Source: Gammaproteobacteria bacterium
GTDB taxonomy: Bacteria > Pseudomonadota > Gammaproteobacteria > UBA4575
Length of the DNA stretch: 64,000 nucleotides
Assembly: GCA_965221955.1 (NCBI GenBank)
Contig: CBDCTA010000004.1
Coordinates: forward strand, 64,001 to 128,000
Direction of reading: 5' to 3'
In this document: positions 16,835 to 27,264 of the stretch, in pieces
Numbering within the stretch: the first letter of the stretch is position 1
How the letters are laid out: each line of letters starts with the position of its first letter
The notes under the pieces: model-generated
Told to the model about the DNA's origin: nothing
Seen by the model: only the letters and a program-made list of their open reading frames with translations
Database searches by the model: none
Made by a program: the position numbers and the translations under genes

Positions 16835-18361
16835 ATGGAAACTGAAAAGGCACAACCTTCATTAGCACCGCGAGAAATTCGTAGACCGCCGTTTAGCTTT
16901 GCTAAACGCCATGGCATTTTAATTGGTAATGAAATTAATGGCCGTGTGATGATTTTTCAACGCCCCGATGTAAAACCACCTTCGTTAGCTGAAGCGCGGC
17001 GCTTTGTTGGCAAACCGTTAAATATTCGTACCCTCTCGGATGATGAATTCGATGAGCTATTAACACAACTCTATGATGATAGTGCTACGGGTACATTGGC
17101 TTTGATGGAAGGTTTTGAAGATGATCTTGATTTAGCCAGTCTTGCAGAAGCCTTGCCTGAGCCACAAGATTTGATGGATGCAGATGATGATGCACCGATT
17201 ATTCGTTTAATAAATGCATTGCTTACTCAAGCGGTTAAAGAAGGTGCATCAGATATACATATTGAAACGTTTGAATCTAGATTATCCGTACGTATGCGCG
17301 TAGATGGTGTATTGCGTGAAGTGCTACAACCGCCCCGCAATTTAGGTGCGCTTGTTGTTTCACGTATTAAAGTGATGGCTGCGTTAGATATTGCAGAAAA
17401 ACGTTTACCGCAAGATGGACGTATATCTTTGCGAATAGCAGGCCGACCTGTAGATGTACGTGTTTCCACCCTTCCCTCTGGACATGGCGAACGTGTCGTA
17501 TTGCGTTTATTAGATAAGCAAGCGGGACGGCTAGATTTAGAACACTTAGGCTTGCACCCAGATCTTCATGATAAAATTAAACAAGCCATTGAAAAGCCTC
17601 ATGGCATTGTTTTAGTTACGGGTCCAACTGGTTCAGGTAAAACCACCACCTTATACGCTGCATTAAGCGAAATTAACGATAAGAAACGCAATATTCTTAC
17701 CGTTGAAGATCCAATTGAATATTTCATTGATGGCATTGGACAAACACAAGTCAATGGCAAAGTGGACATGACCTTTGCACGTGGTTTACGCGCCATTCTT
17801 CGTCAAGACCCTGATGTGGTGATGGTTGGTGAGATTCGTGACTTAGAAACTGCATCCATTGCAGTACAAGCTAGTTTGACAGGCCATATGGTGTTCTCTA
17901 CTTTGCATACCAACACTGCAGTAGGTGCTATTACACGTATGCGTGATATGGGTGTCGAACCTTTCTTGCTCGCATCTAGTTTGGTCGCAGTATTAGCACA
18001 ACGTTTAGTACGCGTTTTGTGCGAGGAATGCAAAGTTTCACATATCGCAAATGACGTTGAGCTAAAACAATTACGGTCGGATGGTAAAGATTTTAACCAG
18101 TCACCTAATATTTACTCACCTGGTTCTTGTAGCGCGTGTAACGGTACAGGTTATGCAGGTAGAACCGGTATTTACGAACTTGTCACGATTGATGAAAACA
18201 TGCGGCGCATGATTCATGATATTGGTGCTGAACAAGAACTAGAAAAATACGCACACCAACATACGGCGAGCATCCGTCAAGATGGAATTCGCTTAGTGCT
18301 TGAGGGAGTAACCACACTTGAAGAAGTCATGCGCGTGACTAAAGAAGATGTTGAATACTAA
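16835..18361 (+). CDS. gspE: T2SS ATPase E
   Basis: GPTGSGKTT, LRQDPDVVMVGEIRD, Cys4 motif. Confidence 0.96.
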   Translation: METEKAQPSLAPREIRRPPFSFAKRHGILIGNEINGRVMIFQRPDVKPPSLAEARRFVGKPLNIRTLSDDEFDELLTQLYDDSATGTLALMEGFEDDLDLASLAEALPEPQDLMDADDDAPIIRLINALLTQAVKEGASDIHIETFESRLSVRMRVDGVLREVLQPPRNLGALVVSRIKVMAALDIAEKRLPQDGRISLRIAGRPVDVRVSTLPSGHGERVVLRLLDKQAGRLDLEHLGLHPDLHDKIKQAIEKPHGIVLVTGPTGSGKTTTLYAALSEINDKKRNILTVEDPIEYFIDGIGQTQVNGKVDMTFARGLRAILRQDPDVVMVGEIRDLETASIAVQASLTGHMVFSTLHTNTAVGAITRMRDMGVEPFLLASSLVAVLAQRLVRVLCEECKVSHIANDVELKQLRSDGKDFNQSPNIYSPGSCSACNGTGYAGRTGIYELVTIDENMRRMIHDIGAEQELEKYAHQHTASIRQDGIRLVLEGVTTLEEVMRVTKEDVEY

Positions 18362-18375
18362 ACCTCGAGCAATTT

Positions 18376-19593
18376 ATGCCTGCATTTGAATATACAGCAT
18401 TAGATACAGCTGGTCGTGAAAAACGCGGGGTTATTGAAGGCGATAGTCCACGAGCGGCACGACAGCAGTTACGTTCAAAAGGATTTGATCCTCTCGCAAT
18501 CAATCAAGTTAAAGATCGTAAAGAGAAATCTGCAGTAAAGGGGTTATTTTCTCGCGGTTTTAGTTCTACAGATCTTGCTTTATTTACACGTCAGTTATCT
18601 ACACTTGTACGTTCAGGCACACCGCTAGAAGAATCTTTACGTACAGTAGGAAACCATACTGAAAAACCTCGAGTTAAACGCACTATTATGGGTGTGAGAT
18701 CGCGTGTAACAGAAGGTTATTCATTGGAAAAAGCCATGGGTGAATTTCCTTCCGCATTTCCTGAAATGTACCGAGCCACCATTGCCGCAGGTGAAAAGTC
18801 AGGACATTTGGATGCAGTGCTAGATCGACTTGCAGATTACACAGAAACGAAACAAGAAACTACACAAAGTGTTGTGGGAGCTTTGGTCTACCCTATCGCG
18901 TTATTATTTATCGCAATTAGTGTAGTCGTCCTATTAGTTGTTGTCGTAGTGCCCAAAGTGGTTGGAATTTTTGCAGATTTGGGACAAGAATTACCATTAC
19001 TTACTCGCATTTTAATATCTTTTAGTAATTTTCTTGCTGCGTATGGAATTTATATACTCATTGCCATTATTGTTGGCGCGATTGCCTTTAGCCGCGCAAT
19101 GCGTAGCGAAATGTTCAAACAAAAAATGCATAAAATCTTTCTTGGCTTACCTATAGTGGGCAAGCTTACAAGAGGTGTAAATACTGCACGCTTTTCACGA
19201 ACTTTGAGCATTATGACTGCATCAGGTGTGCCTGTCTTAGATTCATTACGAATTGCCGCTGAAGTCATTATGAACCGTCCTATGCGGCAAGCCGTACAAG
19301 AAGCTGCGGTAAGTATTAGCGAAGGCGCAACCATACATTCCTCACTAGAACGTTCAGGGCATTTTCCGCCAATGACCTTGCACTTAATTGCCAGTGGTGA
19401 ACAAAGTGGTAATTTAGAAGAAATGTTAGACCGAGCTGCATCTCAGCAAGAGCGTGAATTGAATACTGTAATTAATACGACATTAAAATTACTTGAGCCT
19501 TTAATTATTGTAGGTATGGGTATTTTGGTATTAGGGATCGTGATGGCGATCTTAATGCCTATCTTTAATCTCAACCAATTAGTGGGACAATAG
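18376..19593 (+). CDS. gspF: T2SS inner-membrane protein F
   Basis: FTRQLSTL, AGEKSGHLD, GEQSGNL, LLEP. Confidence 0.96.
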   Translation: MPAFEYTALDTAGREKRGVIEGDSPRAARQQLRSKGFDPLAINQVKDRKEKSAVKGLFSRGFSSTDLALFTRQLSTLVRSGTPLEESLRTVGNHTEKPRVKRTIMGVRSRVTEGYSLEKAMGEFPSAFPEMYRATIAAGEKSGHLDAVLDRLADYTETKQETTQSVVGALVYPIALLFIAISVVVLLVVVVVPKVVGIFADLGQELPLLTRILISFSNFLAAYGIYILIAIIVGAIAFSRAMRSEMFKQKMHKIFLGLPIVGKLTRGVNTARFSRTLSIMTASGVPVLDSLRIAAEVIMNRPMRQAVQEAAVSISEGATIHSSLERSGHFPPMTLHLIASGEQSGNLEEMLDRAASQQERELNTVINTTLKLLEPLIIVGMGILVLGIVMAILMPIFNLNQLVGQ

Positions 19594-19822
19594 TCGAGTG
19601 TTTTTAAAGCTAACTTACATTAAAAAATATTCTTAAGATCATGAAAAATATAAAACTATTAAATAATTTTCCTCATCGATCATGAGAACATCAGCACCGA
19701 TTATCTGTCTAAATTGACCGACAAAACTATCAATTCAATCTCGCTTACTACGGTTCTTGATACAATTTTATTATATTTACCCTTAATAATCAGCGAGTTA
19801 ATAAATGAGAGAGTGATTACAA

Positions 19823-20281
19823 ATGAAAAAACTCAAAAACTTTCAAAATAATAAAAGCCAGCGAGTGAAGGGCTTTACATTAATCGAGATCATCGTCGTG
19901 GTGGTCATTATTGGTTTATTAGCTGCAGTGATTGCCCCAAATATTTTTGGGCAAGTTGAAGAAGCACGTGTAAAGAAAGCATTAAGCGATATCCGTGCGA
20001 TTGAATCTGCTTTAAATCTTTATCGTTTAGATAATTTTAACTACCCCACAACAGAGCAAGGCATTCAAGCATTGGTCACTAAACCAAGCGGAGGTCCAGA
20101 AGCAAAGAATTGGCGTAAAGGTGGTTACTTACCTAGATTGCCTTTGGACCCTTGGGGTAGCGAATATCAGTATGCGAGCCCTGGCACCAGCGGTGAAATC
20201 GATTTATTTACTTTTGGTGCGGATGGCAAGCTAGGCGGCGAAGAAAACAATAAAGATTTATCTTTGGCAGATTTGAGATAA
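19823..20281 (+). CDS. gspG: T2SS major pseudopilin G
   Basis: GFTLIE prepilin site, YPTTEQG, DPWG, GADG. Confidence 0.96.
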   Translation: MKKLKNFQNNKSQRVKGFTLIEIIVVVVIIGLLAAVIAPNIFGQVEEARVKKALSDIRAIESALNLYRLDNFNYPTTEQGIQALVTKPSGGPEAKNWRKGGYLPRLPLDPWGSEYQYASPGTSGEIDLFTFGADGKLGGEENNKDLSLADLR

Positions 20282-20290
20282 AAATTCTAA

Positions 20291-20890
20291 ATGCATAGCT
20301 TGGCAATAAATATGTTTTTACCTATAAATAAATTAGTTGAGCGTAATTGGAAAACAGGTACTTCTATAAAGAAAAATATTGCAGGTTTTACATTAATTGA
20401 ACTACTGGCTGTATTGCTAATTATTGGAATCGCTGTTTCTGCTGCCACACTTGCTTTTGGGGATAATCAAGCTGAGCGTATGGGTCGAAAATCTCAACAG
20501 CTTGCCGCATTGATTGATTTAGCAAAAGAACAAGCTATTTTTAATTCACAAGAGTTAGGCCTTTTGTTTACAGAAAATAGTTACTCTTTTTATACCTTGG
20601 TTTCAAGTATAGATAAGGAAAAACAAGAAAAGCTAAGTTGGGTGCTTATAGAACAAGATAAAGTATTAACAAAACGCACATTACCAGAAGGATTAGAATA
20701 CGAGCTTTTTCTTGAAGGTGTGAAAGTAAATTTTTCGGCAGCTAAGTTAAAAGATATTACCCCACATGTTTTCGTACTCTCCGATGGCACAGTAAGTCCT
20801 TTTGAGTTAAAGCTTACCGACCATATTGATCATACATTTAATATGAAATTTTCTGGTAATGGCGAGTATGAAATCGCTGAGCTTAATTAA
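20291..20890 (+). CDS. gspH: T2SS minor pseudopilin H
   Basis: GFTLIE motif and gene order. Confidence 0.88.
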   Translation: MHSLAINMFLPINKLVERNWKTGTSIKKNIAGFTLIELLAVLLIIGIAVSAATLAFGDNQAERMGRKSQQLAALIDLAKEQAIFNSQELGLLFTENSYSFYTLVSSIDKEKQEKLSWVLIEQDKVLTKRTLPEGLEYELFLEGVKVNFSAAKLKDITPHVFVLSDGTVSPFELKLTDHIDHTFNMKFSGNGEYEIAELN

Positions 20891-20893
20891 GTA

Positions 20894-21274
20894 ATGTTAC
20901 TTTTTCGAAGACACAAAGGATTTACTCTAGTAGAAGTTATGGTCGCTGTTGCCGTAATCGGGCTAGGTTTAGCGGCTGTGATTAAAACTGTGACTTCTAC
21001 AACGAATAACACAATTTATTTACGTGATAAAACATTTGCTTATTGGGTGGCACAAAATCAATTAGCTGAATTGGAAATCATCTCTGCAAAACCAAAAACT
21101 GGATTTACGGATGGTGAAGAAATGTTGGCCGGTTTAACCTGGCATTGGACGAGAAAAGTAGAAGGTACTGAAGACCCAGATACGAGTCGCGTGGAGATTA
21201 CTGTAAGAAAGGATAAAGACAAAAGCGCTCAAAACTATGCAACATTAATCACTTTGCTTTTTAACCCAAAATAG
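20894..21274 (+). CDS. gspI: T2SS minor pseudopilin I
   Basis: GFTLVEV, LRDKTFAYWVAQN. Confidence 0.92.
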   Translation: MLLFRRHKGFTLVEVMVAVAVIGLGLAAVIKTVTSTTNNTIYLRDKTFAYWVAQNQLAELEIISAKPKTGFTDGEEMLAGLTWHWTRKVEGTEDPDTSRVEITVRKDKDKSAQNYATLITLLFNPK

Positions 21275-21278
21275 AGCT

Positions 21279-21899
21279 ATGCATACACAAGACTATAGAT
21301 TTAAGCAACCCGGATTTACTTTGATAGAGGTCATGGTGGCTATCTTTGTTTTCAGTGTAATGTCCGTATTCGCATATGGTGGCTTGAATCAGGTGCTAAA
21401 AGGCCAGAATTACTTGCAAAGCTCTTCAGATCAACTAAAAGATTTACAACTTACCTTCCGCTATTTTGAAAAAGATATTAATCAATTAATCAATCGTGCT
21501 ATTCGTAATCAATATGCAGATCTGCAGCCGGCTTTTGTAGGCGATGAAGACAAAGCATTAAGCTTTACCCATGCAGGCTGGCGTAACCCTGCCAATTTAG
21601 TACGTAGCAAATTGCAACGTGTTACTTATGAACTGTCAGAAAATACATTAAAGCGTTATACCTGGGGTCAACTTGACGGCGCTATCGCAGAAGACTATTT
21701 CACTACAAACTTAATCAATGGTGTCGAATCCATTAAGCTGCGATATTTAGACGCAAATAACCAGTGGCATGCTACATGGCCACCTTTAAATAGTAATAGT
21801 TTTCAGCAAGTCGGCATTCCTCGTGCAATGGAGCTCACTATAAAGGTTGAACAAATGGAAGAAGTTAGGCGACTATTCTCTGCACCAGCTGCTTCATAG
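21279..21899 (+). CDS. gspJ: T2SS minor pseudopilin J
   Basis: GFTLIEV, GWRNP...RSKLQRVTY, WP. Confidence 0.92.
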   Translation: MHTQDYRFKQPGFTLIEVMVAIFVFSVMSVFAYGGLNQVLKGQNYLQSSSDQLKDLQLTFRYFEKDINQLINRAIRNQYADLQPAFVGDEDKALSFTHAGWRNPANLVRSKLQRVTYELSENTLKRYTWGQLDGAIAEDYFTTNLINGVESIKLRYLDANNQWHATWPPLNSNSFQQVGIPRAMELTIKVEQMEEVRRLFSAPAAS

Positions 21900-21907
21900 A
21901 GAACATC

Positions 21908-22864
21908 GTGATGAAGAGTAAAATAAATAAACAATCTGGAGTAGCTTTAATTACGGCTGTACTCATCATTGCATTAGCTGTAACAGCGGCTGTTACGATT
22001 GCAACGAACTATCAATTAAATTTTCATCGAACAGAAAATACATTCAATAGTGGGCAAGCATGGGCCTATGCTAAAGGCGCGGAAGAATGGGCCATGGCAA
22101 TCCTTGCGAGAGATCAAAAAGATAATACGCACGATGCTTATGACGTAGATAATGCTTGGTGGAATAACGGTGAGCCTTTAGTATTTCCACTGCCTAATGG
22201 TTTTATTGAAGGCCAATTAGAAGATGCTCAAGGAAAGCTAAATGTTAATTTACTAATGGATGGGAGATAAACCCGATCCACTTGTACGTAAGACATTTGA
22301 GATTCTATTTACAAATTTAAATATTAATCCAGGCTTAGTGTGTGCCATCATTGACTGGATTGATGCAGATGTAAACCCAGCCTGCCCTGATGGCGCTGAA
22401 GTTGATATCTATACAGGTTTAGAAGTGCCCTACTTGCCCTCTGACCAACCTATGCAAGATATTTCTGAACTACGATTAGTGCATGGCATCACAGATGATA
22501 TTTATACGAGTTTACTCCCTCATTTAACTGCATTGCCTGACAATAATGCTGTGTTAAACCTCAATACAGCCTCTGCACAAGTTCTAGAAAGTCTAGGGAA
22601 AAATATTTCGCCAGGCACTGGAGAAGAATTAGTAGAATATAGATCAGATAAGCCATTTAAAAATATAAATGATATTGAGAGCCATCCCTCAATGAGCGCA
22701 CAAATGGTGCAAAAATTGAATTTCCTAAGTATGGTTTTGCTACAAATCATTTTTTACTCAATACAAAATGCGTAATCGGTAAAAGCCAAGTAAGAATGGT
22801 AAGTACCATCTATCGTGGCGGTGGTAATAATTTGCAAGTGATTAAGCGTAGTCAAAAAATTTAA
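21908..22864 (+). pseudogene. gspK: T2SS minor pseudopilin K, split by two frameshifts (probably sequencing error)
   Basis: GVALITAV N-terminus (21908-22270), IIDWIDAD middle part (22260-), and C-terminus NHFLLNTKCVIG...VIKRSQKI* in the original frame ending 22864; indels near 22262 and about 22700. Confidence 0.85.
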
Positions 22865-22890
22865 AGAGAGTCGAAAAAGAGAGAAGATAA

Positions 22891-24144
22891 ATGGAAGAAA
22901 CTGTAATCATATATATTCAAAGTGATTTACTTGAAAATCTTGATATTGAGGACTCTCATTTTGTTAAGTGGATTAAGCTTGATGAAGAAGGTGTTCCAAT
23001 CACTAGAGGTGCGGAAGCACGATTAGAACAAGTCTCTTCTGTTACACAGAATGCAAATGTAATTGTGTTGTTACCTCTTGAGCAGATGCTACTCACTAGC
23101 GTTAACACACGTGCACGTAAACAAAAGCATTTACAAAAAGCAGTGCCTTTTGCGCTTGAAGATGAATTAGCGGATGACGTAGAAAATTTACATTTTGCAT
23201 TAGGACAACGCTATGGGGAAAATGACTTTCCTGTAGCTGTCATTGATAAACACACCTTAGATGTCATTATTGACGAACTTTCTGAAGCGGGTATCTATCC
23301 AGATATCATTACCGCAGATGTGTTTGGCTTACCTTTCAGAGAAGGTACTTGGACGCTATTAATTGAAAATGAACGCGCATTAGTGCGCACCCATCAGTAT
23401 CAAGGTTTCACCATTGATCTGCATAATTTGCAGCAAATGTTGACTTCTTCTTTGCGACAGGCAGAAGTGACCCCCGCAGAACTAAATGTTTATTGCTGTG
23501 ATGACCAACAAATAGGGATCAAGAAACTTAACTTACCCATTAGCACGAATGAATTAGATGATTGTCCTCCTAGTTTATTTGCCGATGGTTTAAATGAGAA
23601 CGAATGCATTAACTTATTGCAAACAAGTTATAAGAAAAAAGATAAAAAACATCGTCAATTTAGTGCCTGGAAAGTAGCAGCAATGTTATTTGGTGCTTGG
23701 TTAGCATTATCATTTGTATCTGTGTTTCTTGATCATGCTCGACTTAACAAACAAGAAAAAAACCTGAATAAACAAATTGTGCAAATCACCAAACAGATAT
23801 TTCCAGACATGCAAAATGTTACAGCTGATAGCGCACGCACAAAGATGGAAGCACGGCTTAAAAATTTCATGGATACGGCTAGTTCTCAGTCCAAGGCTGG
23901 GTTCATGGAACTCCTTGCAATGAGTGGAGAATCCATGAAACAAGCAGGAAAAGTTGATATCGATACGCTCAGTTATCGTGAAGGTAAATTAAATATGAGT
24001 GTTAAATCCTCTGATATACAAGTGCTTGATACCGTTAAACAAACTCTTAAGGGCAAGAACTACGCTACAGATATTCAGTCTGCTAATACGCAAGGTAACA
24101 CTATTGAAGCCAAGTTGGTGGTTGCTAAAGGAGAATTGAAATGA
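22891..24144 (+). CDS. gspL: T2SS protein L
   Basis: AVPFALEDELADDVENLHFA, INLLQ, TM helix. Confidence 0.93.
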   Translation: MEETVIIYIQSDLLENLDIEDSHFVKWIKLDEEGVPITRGAEARLEQVSSVTQNANVIVLLPLEQMLLTSVNTRARKQKHLQKAVPFALEDELADDVENLHFALGQRYGENDFPVAVIDKHTLDVIIDELSEAGIYPDIITADVFGLPFREGTWTLLIENERALVRTHQYQGFTIDLHNLQQMLTSSLRQAEVTPAELNVYCCDDQQIGIKKLNLPISTNELDDCPPSLFADGLNENECINLLQTSYKKKDKKHRQFSAWKVAAMLFGAWLALSFVSVFLDHARLNKQEKNLNKQIVQITKQIFPDMQNVTADSARTKMEARLKNFMDTASSQSKAGFMELLAMSGESMKQAGKVDIDTLSYREGKLNMSVKSSDIQVLDTVKQTLKGKNYATDIQSANTQGNTIEAKLVVAKGELK

Positions 24145-24626
24145 AAGATTGGTGGGAAACTCTTCAATTACGTGAGCGCTATATGGTGTTCGCAGCAGCA
24201 GTTTTAGTAAGCCTTGCGATACTCTACTTTGCAATATGGTCACCTATCACATCAAGCCGTGACAATAAACAAACTAGAGTCGAAGCTAAACGTGAAACCG
24301 TTACTTGGATGATGCAGAAGAAACAAGAAGTTGAGCACCTTAAACGCATTAACCCAAATATGTTCAACAGAACAAATGATAATCGTTCTTTGTTAGCAGT
24401 GGTGGATACGGGTGCGAAGCAAATGGGCATACGTCCTGCAATTACGAGAATTGAACCTAAAGGCGAAGATAGTGTACAACTTTGGTTAGAAAACATTGCA
24501 TTTGATTATCTAATTGTATTATTAGGTGAACTAGAGCGTAGAAATAATATTGAGGTTGCTAATGCAGCTTTTAATCGTTCAGAGCAGATCGGAAAAGTAA
24601 GTGGAAAAGTTACGCTAATTAGATAA
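24141..24626 (+). CDS. gspM: T2SS protein M
   Basis: WW..L..RER, TM helix, VQLWLENIAFD. Confidence 0.9.
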   Translation: MKDWWETLQLRERYMVFAAAVLVSLAILYFAIWSPITSSRDNKQTRVEAKRETVTWMMQKKQEVEHLKRINPNMFNRTNDNRSLLAVVDTGAKQMGIRPAITRIEPKGEDSVQLWLENIAFDYLIVLLGELERRNNIEVANAAFNRSEQIGKVSGKVTLIR

Positions 24627-24663
24627 ATTTGTCTGATTGAGTGCACTTATACAGTAATTTCAA

Positions 24664-25404
24664 ATGAAAATTTTCTTTAAGTTTTTTCTAGGTTTAATAA
24701 TCTTTATAGGCGCTGTGGCCTATTTTGCACCTGCTTCAATTATTGAGAAATATTTGCCTAGCAATATTTCAACAGCTGGAATGGGTGGAACCTTATGGAA
24801 CGGGAATGTGCAAAATATTGTTATTGATAGAATCGGCTTGCAAAATGCTAAGTGGTCAGCCAACCCTCTTAGTTTACTAACAGGCAAAGTGAGTGCTGAT
24901 GTATCGATTAATTCAAACAATCTTAAAGGTGATTTCGAGACTACAGTTGCAAGCTCTGAAGTTGTCAGTGAAAACATAAATTTAAATGGAGAATTAACTT
25001 TATTAAGCCCCTACTTCGAAAAACTGGGTCTAACAATAAGTGGTCAATTTGATGCTAAATTCGATAATTTGCACATTAAAAACGGCATTCCACATGATGC
25101 TAATGGCACGTTAAATACTTACAACACCAGCATACTTGGTTTTATTCCTTTGAATTTAGGTGAAGTGAATAGTGTATTTGCCCCTCAAGATAATGGTATT
25201 CAAGTATCTTTAGTAAATCAGAATGGTGAGTTAGATGTAAACGGAGTCATTAATATTGCTAACAATGGTGTCTATAACGCTGACTTAACCCTATCTAGAA
25301 ATTCTCGCACCCCCGATAATGTCTTAAAAACGGTTGAGATGATTGGCAATAAAATAAGCGAAGATACGATTAAAGTACTTCATCAAGGACAATTGAGAAT
25401 CTAG
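24664..25404 (+). CDS. gspN: T2SS protein N
   Basis: APAS, GTLWNG, W...PLSLLTG. Confidence 0.85.
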   Translation: MKIFFKFFLGLIIFIGAVAYFAPASIIEKYLPSNISTAGMGGTLWNGNVQNIVIDRIGLQNAKWSANPLSLLTGKVSADVSINSNNLKGDFETTVASSEVVSENINLNGELTLLSPYFEKLGLTISGQFDAKFDNLHIKNGIPHDANGTLNTYNTSILGFIPLNLGEVNSVFAPQDNGIQVSLVNQNGELDVNGVINIANNGVYNADLTLSRNSRTPDNVLKTVEMIGNKISEDTIKVLHQGQLRI

Positions 25405-25407
25405 CTG

Positions 25408-25632
25408 TTAATTTTCATTTTCAGTCTTGTAATTAAACAAGACCTTAAATATTGAATTTTTAACACTCCACTCTTTAACAACTATATTTGAAATGCGTCG
25501 TTCAGGAATTGTGCGGCGATCGTTACGTATACATGTGCCTTGTGTAGTGATAATAGGAAATTGACTAGCGGACCCAGTGCTACGCCTATCTTGCTTGTTT
25601 CGTCGGTCATTAATGATTGGGTTTGCTGGCAT
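25408..25632 (-). CDS. Small hypothetical protein with DRR/ERR repeats
   Basis: DRRNKQDRR...NDRRTIPERR. Confidence 0.55.
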   Translation of the reverse strand: MPANPIINDRRNKQDRRSTGSASQFPIITTQGTCIRNDRRTIPERRISNIVVKEWSVKNSIFKVLFNYKTENEN

Positions 25633-25666
25633 CGCTTTATTATAAACAAATAATGGTCGATAAGTT

Positions 25667-25742
<76 letters not shown>

Positions 25743-25766
25743 AAATTATCTATTTATAATGGCAAT

Positions 25767-27173
25767 CTAACCTGTCGTCGCAATATATTCAATTGCTTGA
25801 TCAATACGCTTTAATGTCTTTTTCTGGCCCAATAATTCCAGCGTTAAATCTATGGATGGAGAATCTGCACCGCCTGTTACCGCTAACCTTAATGGAGGTG
25901 CAACCTGACCCATTTTCAAATTAAGCTTATCAGCGGTTAACTTAATTTCTGCATGGATATTTTCTGCAACCCAATCCTGAATAGCGCCTAGTTTAGCTTT
26001 TAATATTTTCAAGGTTTCAGCACTTTCATGAGTGAAATTTTTCTTAGTAGATTTTGTGTCATATTCTTCAATATCCCGATACAAAAATTCACTTGCTTTA
26101 CAAAGTTCTTCTAAGGTTTTGTTACGGTCTTTTAATGCATCAAATAATTGCGCAGTATCGGGTTGCCCGTCTACTTTTATATCTAGCTCATGAAAGTATT
26201 CAGTTAAAGTGCGATTAATATCTTTTCCAGATATATTTTTCATATGCTGTTGATTTACCCACAACAATTTATCCATATCGAAGGTTGCAGCAGATTGTTG
26301 AATGTTTTGTAAGCTAAAGTTTTCGATCATTTGATTTAAGCTGAAAATTTCTTGGTCACCATATGACCATCCTAATCGTACTAGGTAGTTTAATAAGCCT
26401 TGTGGTAAAAAGCCTTGTTCGCGATATTGATTAACCGAAACTGCGCCATGTCTTTTAGATAAACGTTTTCCATCAGTACCGTGAATAAGTGGTATATGTG
26501 CATAGGTAGGCGCCTGCTGTCCAAGTGCTGAAAAAATATTATGCTGTCTGAAGGTATTATTTAGATGATCATCGCCACGTATAATATGGCTAATTTCTAA
26601 TTCAATATCATCTACTACTACCGTTAAGTGATAAGTTGCTGAGCCATCTGAACGCGCAAGAATTAAATCATCTAATTCAGAATTTTGTACAGTAACTTTT
26701 CCACGAACTTGATCGTTTATGGTTATTTTACCTTGTTGTGGGTTTTTAAGACGCACAACTGGCGAACCAGATGTGTTTGGCGGTTGAGTAAGATCACGAC
26801 AGGTACCATCATAACGTGGCTTTTGTTTATTTTTGATCTGCTCTTCTCGCATCGCATCTAACCGCTCTTTTGTACAATAACAGTGATATGCTTTTCCCTC
26901 ATCGAGTAATTTTTGAATGGCAAGTTGGTAGTTTTCAGTGCGTTTTGACTGGAATATAGGTTGGACATCCGAATTTATTCCTAGCCAAGACAAGCTATCT
27001 AAAATATCTTGAGTGTATTCAACTTTAGAGCGTTCTTTATCCGTATCTTCTACTCGTAATACATATTCACCTTCATGCTTTCTTGCATACAGCCAGTTGA
27101 ACAAAGCAGTACGTGCACCACCTATGTGTAAATATCCGGTAGGACTAGGGGCAAAACGCGTGCGTACTTTCAT
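25767..27173 (-). CDS. gltX: Glutamate-tRNA ligase
   Basis: RTRFAPSPTGYLHIGG, LSKR; ATG at 27173. Confidence 0.97.
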   Translation of the reverse strand: MKVRTRFAPSPTGYLHIGGARTALFNWLYARKHEGEYVLRVEDTDKERSKVEYTQDILDSLSWLGINSDVQPIFQSKRTENYQLAIQKLLDEGKAYHCYCTKERLDAMREEQIKNKQKPRYDGTCRDLTQPPNTSGSPVVRLKNPQQGKITINDQVRGKVTVQNSELDDLILARSDGSATYHLTVVVDDIELEISHIIRGDDHLNNTFRQHNIFSALGQQAPTYAHIPLIHGTDGKRLSKRHGAVSVNQYREQGFLPQGLLNYLVRLGWSYGDQEIFSLNQMIENFSLQNIQQSAATFDMDKLLWVNQQHMKNISGKDINRTLTEYFHELDIKVDGQPDTAQLFDALKDRNKTLEELCKASEFLYRDIEEYDTKSTKKNFTHESAETLKILKAKLGAIQDWVAENIHAEIKLTADKLNLKMGQVAPPLRLAVTGGADSPSIDLTLELLGQKKTLKRIDQAIEYIATTG

Positions 27174-27264
27174 GAAGGCAAAACAATGCAATTACAATTA
27201 AATTCAATCATTGTACCTATTTCATATGAAATAGGCTCTATATTGAATTGGAGATTGTATTTAT

